Source: Bacteroidota bacterium
GTDB lineage: Bacteria > Bacteroidota > Rhodothermia > Balneolales > Balneolaceae
Assembly (NCBI GenBank): GCA_051747265.1
Contig: JBNJFY010000001.1
Span: 877,297 to 909,296, forward strand
Reading direction: 5' to 3'
Length of the DNA: 32,000 nucleotides
The notes below the pieces were generated by a model. That model ran no database searches, had not been told where the DNA came from, and saw nothing but the letters and a program-made list of their open reading frames with translations. Numbering within the stretch: the stretch's first letter is position 1; the number at the start of each line of letters is the position of its first letter. Shown in pieces: positions 25,865 through 32,000 of the stretch. Position numbers and translations under genes: made by a program.

Positions 25865-26173
25865 TTAAATCGGCATGCGACTTAATTCGCGATAGGTCTC
25901 TACCACCTTATTACGAATCTGTGTCATAAGCTCGAAGCTAAGCTGGGCTTTCTGCATGGCGATGGTTACCTCATGCACATTATCAGTTCGTCCGGCCACC
26001 AGATCTTCTACTTTCTGATCGGCGTCTTTACTGGCCGCATCCACCGAGTTGACCGCATCTTTCAGCATATCACCAAAAGACTCATCCCCCTGCGTCTTCA
26101 GATTACGACGGCGCGACATCCCTTCATCCCCGGGCATGCCATTTAGTTTCAGTTGTACGGGATCGATAGCCAT
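25865..26173 (-). CDS. fliE: Flagellar hook-basal body complex protein FliE
   Basis: 102 aa. The C-terminal VHEVTIAMQKAQLSFELMTQIRNKVVETYRELSRMPI matches the FliE signature. Confidence 0.85.
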   Translation of the reverse strand: MAIDPVQLKLNGMPGDEGMSRRRNLKTQGDESFGDMLKDAVNSVDAASKDADQKVEDLVAGRTDNVHEVTIAMQKAQLSFELMTQIRNKVVETYRELSRMPI

Positions 26174-26210
26174 AATGCAATCCTTTAGGTTAAAAGCGGA
26201 TCAGAGAAAT

Positions 26211-26429
26211 TTACACTCTGTAATCGAAGTTATTTCCGCGCGCATCCGGATTTTCCGTGCGTTGATTACCGGATGACATATACAATTCCAATTTCTTGTT
26301 GCTGCCTTTGGGGAACTGATCAGAAATCATTTTCTGCTCATCTTTGGACAGCTGTGCGGTCGTTTGCACCGACTGTGAACTTCGCGCCGGCGCCGTTGAA
26401 TTATTAAGTCCTATGCCTTGAATATTCAT
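26211..26429 (-). CDS. Small hypothetical protein (72 aa) inserted between flgC and fliE
   Basis: It is on the same strand with gaps of 30 and 37 bp to its neighbours and no competing ORF. The sequence is polar and probably disordered, and I cannot place it in a family. There is no obvious SD, but most genes here lack one. Confidence 0.4.
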   Translation of the reverse strand: MNIQGIGLNNSTAPARSSQSVQTTAQLSKDEQKMISDQFPKGSNKKLELYMSSGNQRTENPDARGNNFDYRV

Positions 26430-26459
26430 AACGTCTAATCGCTGTTAATTTACCGGTTA

Positions 26460-26969
26460 CTAAATTTGTAAAGCCTGTTTGATGACATCTTTTTCCGCTT
26501 CCACCACAGATAGGTTTGCTTCATAAAGCCGGTTGGCGCTAACCATACGGGTCATTTCTTCTACCAGATCCAAATCAGGGTATTTGACCATCCCATTCTC
26601 ATCAGCGTCGGGATGTGAAGGGTCATACTCGTAGCGATATCGATCCACCTCGGCCACTTCGTCATTCGGGCCCAGACTCTGGGGGCCATCCTCTCGCAAT
26701 CCATAACGGGTATTGCGATCGTTCTCCATATGCTCCATACGAGTTTGTCGCATTCGCATGCGTGACCGCTGCATAGCTTCACTAAAACCGCCACCCCGCT
26801 TCGACTGGGACAACACCAGTTCCTTGGGCTTATAGGGGCCATCTTCGCCCTCTACCCGTGTGGTATTGGCATTGGCAATATTCTCGGAGCTCACCTGCAA
26901 TTGTCGACGTTGCACAGCCATGCCTTTCCCGGCCGTCTTAAATACTGAAAACAATCGATCAACCTGCAT
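26460..26969 (-). CDS. flgC: Flagellar basal-body rod protein FlgC (with ~25-aa internal insertion)
   Basis: 169 aa. The N-terminal motif is QLQVSSENIANANTTR and the C-terminal is YPDLDLVEEMTRMVSANRLYEANLSVVEA. There is an Arg/Met-rich insert, MQRSRMRMRQTRMEHMEN. Confidence 0.9.
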   Translation of the reverse strand: MQVDRLFSVFKTAGKGMAVQRRQLQVSSENIANANTTRVEGEDGPYKPKELVLSQSKRGGGFSEAMQRSRMRMRQTRMEHMENDRNTRYGLREDGPQSLGPNDEVAEVDRYRYEYDPSHPDADENGMVKYPDLDLVEEMTRMVSANRLYEANLSVVEAEKDVIKQALQI

Positions 26970-27005
26970 AATGCCTGTCTTTAGTTTCTGTTACTGCCTG
27001 TTAGA

Positions 27006-27350
27006 TTATCCGCGTCCTTCGCGAATGGCTTGACGGAGCAACCCAAATGAGTGCCGTACCGACTTACTTACCGTGCGAAAGCGTAATTGATTATCGGCCA
27101 TCTCCATAAGCTCATCTTCTAATATCGGCTTGGCGTCCGTTTCCCTCACCTCAGCTTCTACCTTGTCCATATTATTAGACAAGCCCATCTCCTGGGCTTC
27201 TTTCAATTTATCCTCAAAGGAGACCTCTAATCGCTTATAGCCGGGGGTATCAATATTAGATACATTAGAAGCAATGGATTTTTGTCTCATTGCATAGGCG
27301 TCCATCGCCTTCTCTAATAGCCTGGAATGCTGTGTGTCAATGAGTTTCAT
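27006..27350 (-). CDS. flgB: Flagellar basal-body rod protein FlgB
   Basis: 114 aa. MRQKSIASNVSNIDTPGYKRLEVSFEDKL is the rod-protein N-terminal motif. It is the first gene of the cluster, followed by flgC. Confidence 0.85.
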   Translation of the reverse strand: MKLIDTQHSRLLEKAMDAYAMRQKSIASNVSNIDTPGYKRLEVSFEDKLKEAQEMGLSNNMDKVEAEVRETDAKPILEDELMEMADNQLRFRTVSKSVRHSFGLLRQAIREGRG

Positions 27351-27393
27351 AATTCATTCAATTCGTGAAATACTTCTTGCGCTCCATAGTAAC

Positions 27394-27409
27394 TCAATGA
27401 ATATGCCAA
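27394..27409 (-). promoter_or_regulatory. Candidate sigma-54-type promoter (TTGGCATATTCATTGA) upstream of flgB
   Basis: The minus-strand sequence TTGGCAT-ATTCA-TTGA has the exact GG-N10-G spacing of the TGGCAC-N5-TTGC consensus, but with GA instead of GC at -12. It ends 43 nt upstream of the flgB ATG. Confidence 0.3.
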
Positions 27410-27546
27410 TCGGGGTATCCGGCTTAATAGCTTACATTGGCAGCAACAACGGTTAGCGGCAAGGCAGTTTTTTCCGTACCCGGTCTTGCTTTTTCCTATG
27501 TCCCCTTATTGCACCATCTCAACGATTCAACTACCTTTTATGCGTT

Positions 27547-28479
27547 ATGGACACTCAACCTACACCGTTTATTTGGCTGGACGCTATTCCCTCAGCATGC
27601 CTTGTTCAAGACATGGAATCCGATCGGGTTATCTATGCTAACGCGGCAGCAATACAAGAATTGAAGCTTCCCAAAACACCACTGCCCTCCCAGTTGGTTT
27701 CGGATTTATTTCGTATCGATTCGAAACGGGCTAGTGGTATATGGCGACGCAATGGGAGGCGGTATCGCATCCACGAGCAACGCATTGACTGGGGAGGAAA
27801 CAGTTACAAGCAATTATTAATCACCCACCTCGCGCCAGCTATTTCTGAAAAACAGCTACAGGATGCCCAACGGATGGCCCAAGTATTGGTCCACCGGCTT
27901 CGATCTCCATTAAATGGGGTAATCGGCTTTGCGGATATGTTACAACACGCGGATTCCGCGGATGATACCGACGCGGAATGGAGCTCCCTTACCAAAGGAC
28001 TGTATACCATACGTGATTTATTGGATGAATTAGATCGGTTTACCCAACCCATCGATCCACAAGAAGATCACCTTAACGTCATGAATCTAGTTGATGAGGT
28101 ATTGGCTGATTTACCCAGCGACCTACGCCGATCTATTGATATTGAAACGCTTAGTACGCCTTCTGAGATGAAAGGAGATCCATTGTTTTTTCGATTTATT
28201 ATCAACGAGTTACTAGCCAATGCTCTTGAGGCCAATGAAGATGAATTAGACAGTATCTCTATTCAGCTTGCTACATCGGAGATAAAAGTGCGAAACAGTG
28301 GGGGGCATCTCTCTCAATTGCAACGTAAACAACTCTTCCAACCTTTTTTCACCACCAAAGCGCGTCACCTGGGTTTGGGGCTTGCCCAAGCTTGGCGATA
28401 TGCACACACACTTGGGTGGGATCTATATTATGAAGATAGTTCCGGTGGATCCGAACATACCTTCGTTTTACGCTGGTAG
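27547..28479 (+). CDS. Soluble sensor histidine kinase (PAS-like N-domain, HisKA, HATPase_c; NtrB/FlgS-like)
   Basis: 310 aa with no TM segment. H-box LVHRLRSPLNGVIGFADML, N-box INELLANALEAN, F/G2 region LFQPFFTTKARHLGLGLAQA. The G1 position reads VRNSGGHL rather than D.G.G. Confidence 0.8.
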   Translation: MDTQPTPFIWLDAIPSACLVQDMESDRVIYANAAAIQELKLPKTPLPSQLVSDLFRIDSKRASGIWRRNGRRYRIHEQRIDWGGNSYKQLLITHLAPAISEKQLQDAQRMAQVLVHRLRSPLNGVIGFADMLQHADSADDTDAEWSSLTKGLYTIRDLLDELDRFTQPIDPQEDHLNVMNLVDEVLADLPSDLRRSIDIETLSTPSEMKGDPLFFRFIINELLANALEANEDELDSISIQLATSEIKVRNSGGHLSQLQRKQLFQPFFTTKARHLGLGLAQAWRYAHTLGWDLYYEDSSGGSEHTFVLRW

Positions 28480-28774
28480 CACAACCGATCGGCGTATCTG
28501 GAAGTTGCTTGACCGGTGCTGAGCTGAAACCTTCAAAAAAAGCACCTAAGTGACCATCCAGAACAAGCCCGATGCTGTTATAAGTGACTTAAATCTTCAT
28601 TATGGATGAAATTCAGTCCTCTCGTGATGCGGCCAAAAGGGTAGTGGGAGCTTACGGTAATGCTATTGTGACGTCAAAAAAGTTTGATCACTCTGGTATC
28701 ACCGGTATCTCGATATTCAGTCGCCCCGAACATTGCAGATAAGGCCCCATAGCATCGCTGGTGGGGAGCTTCTC

Positions 28775-29392
28775 CTAAAATAGGGAAGCTTGTTGAGCAT
28801 CCTTCGAAGCCTGCTGAGCTGGTTTCTCCGCCTCTTTTTTCTCAGAGCTAACGGTTCCCTCTGTCGTGGCCGAATCACTGGACGAAAGTTGCCGTTGTTC
28901 AATCATCTTGGCTGAAAATGCTCGCCCATACATGCGTCGCGATAAACCATTCAAGGCCCTACGTCCCTCGGCGGTGATCATCAGTTCATTTTTATGTTCG
29001 CCTTCCAACAGGCCAAACTGTTTTAAATCATTGATGATCATAAAGGCAAATTGGGGAATGGTCCCTGAGTGCTGTTCAACATAAGAACGATCGAAATGCG
29101 TTTGGTTTCCCTCTACTTTGGTTAGTCCCAATATAGTAAACTCAATAGCTGTCAACGGGTATCCATTGGCCTCTTCAGTCAGTAGTTGATCCCAAGCCTC
29201 TTGGCTGTAGTACAATCCGAACCACCATTTAGCTTTGCGGATCAACTGGTGAGTCAAAGCGCATCCAAAATACTCCCCCGCTGGCGCTTCAACCGGTTCA
29301 CCCCGTTTTCGGTACATTGATACCAACGTCGCCAAATCCAACTCTTGCACATTGGATGGATACGTAAATATTGGTTTCCCCGTACTCTTCAT
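28775..29392 (-). CDS. Hypothetical protein (possible winged-helix segment, K/E/Q/S-rich tail), downstream of topA
   Basis: 205-aa ORF starting 33 bp after the topA stop on the same strand. No family recognised. FAFMIINDLKQFGLLEGEHKNELMITAEGRRAL is reminiscent of a wHTH recognition helix plus wing. Confidence 0.5.
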   Translation of the reverse strand: MKSTGKPIFTYPSNVQELDLATLVSMYRKRGEPVEAPAGEYFGCALTHQLIRKAKWWFGLYYSQEAWDQLLTEEANGYPLTAIEFTILGLTKVEGNQTHFDRSYVEQHSGTIPQFAFMIINDLKQFGLLEGEHKNELMITAEGRRALNGLSRRMYGRAFSAKMIEQRQLSSSDSATTEGTVSSEKKEAEKPAQQASKDAQQASLF

Positions 29393-29425
29393 CAGCGTTT
29401 AGTTACTCTGAATGATTCGAAACGT

Positions 29426-31990
29426 TTATTTCTTTTTACGGCCTTTTTTGCTCTTTTCCGCATATAACTCGACCGCCTTTTCCATAGTGACTTTTTCCGG
29501 ATCGACATCATCGGGCAGGCTAATATTTTTCCTACCCACCTTAATGTAGGGGCCATATCGCCCATCCATCACTCGAACAGACTTTCCATTTTCCGGATGT
29601 TTACCCAAGTCTTTAATCTCAGATCGACTGCCTTTTTTCTTTTGCTTGAGCAGCTCCAGTGCCCGATCCAATCCAATTTCCAGCACGCTTTCTGATTTAG
29701 GTAACGACTTGAAATTGCCATCATGGACAACATAAGGACCATAGCGCCCCACTCCGGCCCGTACATCTTTTCCGGTTTCCGGATGTTGACCTAAGAGACG
29801 GGGTAGTTCTAACAATTTTAGCGCTAGCTCAAAATCTACATCGGCCGGCTTCATACCTTTCAGTAAAGATACCCGCTTAGGCTTTTTCTTATCTTCACCT
29901 TGATCACCCAGTTGCACATAAGGCCCGTATCGACCGCTCAATACATACACCGGCTTCCCCGTCTCCGGATCATTACCCAGTGATTGCGGGCCTTCTTTTT
30001 CGCTCTTCAGCAATTCCTTTAATTTGTCGATAGTAATATCGCTGGGTTTCATATCCACCGGCAGAGAGGCCGTTACTTCCTCATCGCCTTCTTTGGCTTT
30101 GATATAGGGCCCATACCGACCTACCAAAACTTCAATTCCGTTTAACCCCTCCAGGGGCAGATTCAGTTTTTTGGCATCTTGAGGATCAATTTTGTCCTCT
30201 TGTTCCTCAACTTTGGTTTCAATGCCATTTTTGCCTTTATAGTAAGAACCCAGGTACTGCTTGGGGTCTTCTTCGCCATGAGCAATTTTATCCAACCGTG
30301 CTTCCAGCTCAGAGGTAAAGTCACTATCCACCAGATCAGGGAAGTAGGATTCCAAAAGCTCGGTTACTGCAAATGCCGTGAAGGTGGGAACCAATGAGTT
30401 GCTAATCGATTCAGCGTACCCCCGATCTTGAATGGTGCTGATAATGGTTGCGTAAGTACTGGGTCGACCAATGCCCCGATTTTCTAACTCTTTGACCAGG
30501 GTCGCCTCCGTATACCGTGCCGGGGGCTTGGTTTCGTGGTCTTTGGCTTCCAGTTCATGCAAAGAAATTTGATCGCCTACAGATAGATCCGGCAGCGGAT
30601 TTTCCTGATTTTCCAGCGCCGCCTCTGGATCGTCGGACCCCTCCACGTACGCTAAAAAGAAACCGGGAAACAGAATCTTTTTCCCGTTGGCCTTAAACTC
30701 CGCGCGGGTGTCAGCAGCTTTGGCCTCGATGGTCACATTGGTAAATTCCAGTTCCGCCGATGCCATCTGAGTAGCCACTGTTCGTTTCCAAATCAGATCG
30801 TACAATTTGTATTCAGGTCCACGTAAGCCCAAACTATTGGGGTGTCGAAAAAACGAACCGGCCGGACGAATTGCTTCGTGTGCTTCCTGAGCGCCTTTTT
30901 GCTTCTTCTTACCGTAATTGCGTGCCGATTTATATAAATACTCTTTACCGTATTGTTCTTCCACCGCGTTGCGCGCCGCATTGATAGCCTGTCCTGATAG
31001 ATTGTATGAATCGGTACGCATGTACGTGATGTACCCATTTTCGTAGAGGCTTTGCGCTACCCGCATAGTAGTACGAGCCGGATACCCAAATTTACGGTTG
31101 GCTTCTTGCTGCAAAGTGGAAGTGGTAAATGGAGCGGAGGGATTGCGTTTTTTGCGATTGACCTTCACTTCTGAGACTTCCCAATCGGCCTTATCCAGCT
31201 GATCCCGTAATTTGCGGGCATCTTCATCCAGCAGCAGAACCACGTTATCGGGCTTTTTCAGCTTGCCGGTATTCTCATCAAAATCTTTCCCACTGGCTAA
31301 CCGCTTACCATTGAGATGAGTCAGATCAGCGGGAAACTGCGTCTTATTGCCATCCGGCTTGGATACTTTGGCTTTCAGATCCCAGTATCGCGCGCTTTTG
31401 AATTTCATGCGTTCTCGTTCGCGCTCTACCAAAAATTCCACCGCAACCGATTGAACCCGCCCTGCGGAAAGACCCGGCGCAATTTTTTTCCACAACACCG
31501 GCGAAATCGTATATCCGGCCAGACGATCGATAATCCGTCGCGTTTCCTGGGCATTGACCAGATTCATGTCAATATCACGAAAGTTCTCTAAGGCATCTTT
31601 GATCGCCGAGTCCGTAATTTCATGAAAGACCATGCGCTTTACCGGCTTATCAGTATTCAGTACCTCTATCAAATGCCAGGATATGGCTTCCCCTTCCCGG
31701 TCTTCATCCGTAGCCAGAATTAGTTCATCACTTTCCTTCAGTAACTTCTTCAGACGCTTAACTACCTTCTTTTTGCCGGATGGGATCACATACAAGGGCT
31801 CAAACCCCTCATCTACATTTACTCCTAAATTAGACCAAGATTCCTTCTTAAATTTTGCCGGAATTTCTTTGGCTGAAGCGGGAAGATCTCGAATATGGCC
31901 CATCGAAGAATCTACCTCGTACTCGTTCGACAAGAACTTTCGGATGGTCTTGGCTTTGGTGGGAGACTCAACGATGACAAGTGATTTCAT
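29426..31990 (-). CDS. topA: DNA topoisomerase I (type IA), Zn-finger-free C-terminal repeat type
   Basis: 854 aa. TOPRIM N-terminus [14 protein letters not shown] with DEDREGE, and active-site Tyr context [10 protein letters not shown]. Four C-terminal GRYGPY repeats ([40 protein letters not shown]) and a Lys-rich tail. No cysteine anywhere in the protein. Confidence 0.95.
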   Translation of the reverse strand: MKSLVIVESPTKAKTIRKFLSNEYEVDSSMGHIRDLPASAKEIPAKFKKESWSNLGVNVDEGFEPLYVIPSGKKKVVKRLKKLLKESDELILATDEDREGEAISWHLIEVLNTDKPVKRMVFHEITDSAIKDALENFRDIDMNLVNAQETRRIIDRLAGYTISPVLWKKIAPGLSAGRVQSVAVEFLVERERERMKFKSARYWDLKAKVSKPDGNKTQFPADLTHLNGKRLASGKDFDENTGKLKKPDNVVLLLDEDARKLRDQLDKADWEVSEVKVNRKKRNPSAPFTTSTLQQEANRKFGYPARTTMRVAQSLYENGYITYMRTDSYNLSGQAINAARNAVEEQYGKEYLYKSARNYGKKKQKGAQEAHEAIRPAGSFFRHPNSLGLRGPEYKLYDLIWKRTVATQMASAELEFTNVTIEAKAADTRAEFKANGKKILFPGFFLAYVEGSDDPEAALENQENPLPDLSVGDQISLHELEAKDHETKPPARYTEATLVKELENRGIGRPSTYATIISTIQDRGYAESISNSLVPTFTAFAVTELLESYFPDLVDSDFTSELEARLDKIAHGEEDPKQYLGSYYKGKNGIETKVEEQEDKIDPQDAKKLNLPLEGLNGIEVLVGRYGPYIKAKEGDEEVTASLPVDMKPSDITIDKLKELLKSEKEGPQSLGNDPETGKPVYVLSGRYGPYVQLGDQGEDKKKPKRVSLLKGMKPADVDFELALKLLELPRLLGQHPETGKDVRAGVGRYGPYVVHDGNFKSLPKSESVLEIGLDRALELLKQKKKGSRSEIKDLGKHPENGKSVRVMDGRYGPYIKVGRKNISLPDDVDPEKVTMEKAVELYAEKSKKGRKKK

Positions 31991-32000
31991 GCGTATGGCT

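Noticed and set aside
27437-27664. 75-aa plus-strand ORF overlapping the histidine-kinase start
   Set aside because: It is out of frame with, and largely overlapped by, the 310-aa kinase ORF. Its hydrophobic, low-complexity sequence lies in the promoter region.
28602-28742. 46-aa plus-strand ORF (MDEIQSSRDAAKRVVGAYGNAIVTSKKFDHSGITGISIFSRPEHCR) in the 295-bp convergent gap between the kinase and orf205
   Set aside because: It has no SD, no recognisable motif and no supporting context, so it cannot be distinguished from a chance ORF. The gap also lacks a convincing terminator or RNA-gene signature.
29426-31990. TopA without any cysteine or Zn-ribbon domain
   Set aside because: This is real but not novel. 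Type IA topoisomerases with GRYGPY-type C-terminal repeats and a basic tail instead of Zn fingers are a known architecture, for example in actinobacteria.
1-32000. Defence island, prophage, integron, transposon or CRISPR content
   Set aside because: No integrase, transposase, recombinase, nuclease/helicase pairs, toxin-antitoxin-like pairs, repeat arrays or tRNA attachment sites were seen. Apart from the small cassette at 12724-13337, the window is core metabolism, flagellar genes and topA.

Overview
The window is dominated by a flagellar gene cluster of about 21.5 kb, all on the minus strand (27350 down to 5868). Its order is flgB-flgC-orf72-fliE-fliF-fliG-fliH-fliI-fliJ-flbB/ylxF-like-fliK-flgD-TIGR02530-like-flgE-[four-helix-bundle cassette]-motA-motB-fliL-fliM-fliN/Y-fliO-fliP-fliQ-fliR. 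As far as I recall, this matches the spirochaete flgB operon and the Bacillus fla/che operon, with four deviations:
- a small unknown ORF sits between flgC and fliE;
- an AT-rich four-helix-bundle (23S-rRNA-IVS/Avd family) gene, bracketed by nested inverted repeats, sits where flbD normally is;
- FliK is very long (1105 aa) and FlgE is compositionally mosaic;
- the cluster ends at fliR without flhB or flhA.
Intrinsic-terminator-like hairpins after flgE and after motB suggest several transcription units.

Left flank: a secreted SBBP beta-propeller protein truncated by the window edge, hutG-hutI, a divergent small-type malic enzyme with a clear terminator, and a Cys/His-rich hypothetical gene convergent with fliR. 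Right flank: a soluble NtrB/FlgS-like histidine kinase divergent from flgB, an unknown 205-aa gene, and cysteine-free topA.

I found no rRNA, tRNA, CRISPR array, transposase, integrase or recognisable defence system. All family assignments come from motifs read by eye and from memory; no database search was possible. The lineage guess (a flagellated Bacteroidota-like organism, for example Balneolales/Rhodothermota) is low confidence.
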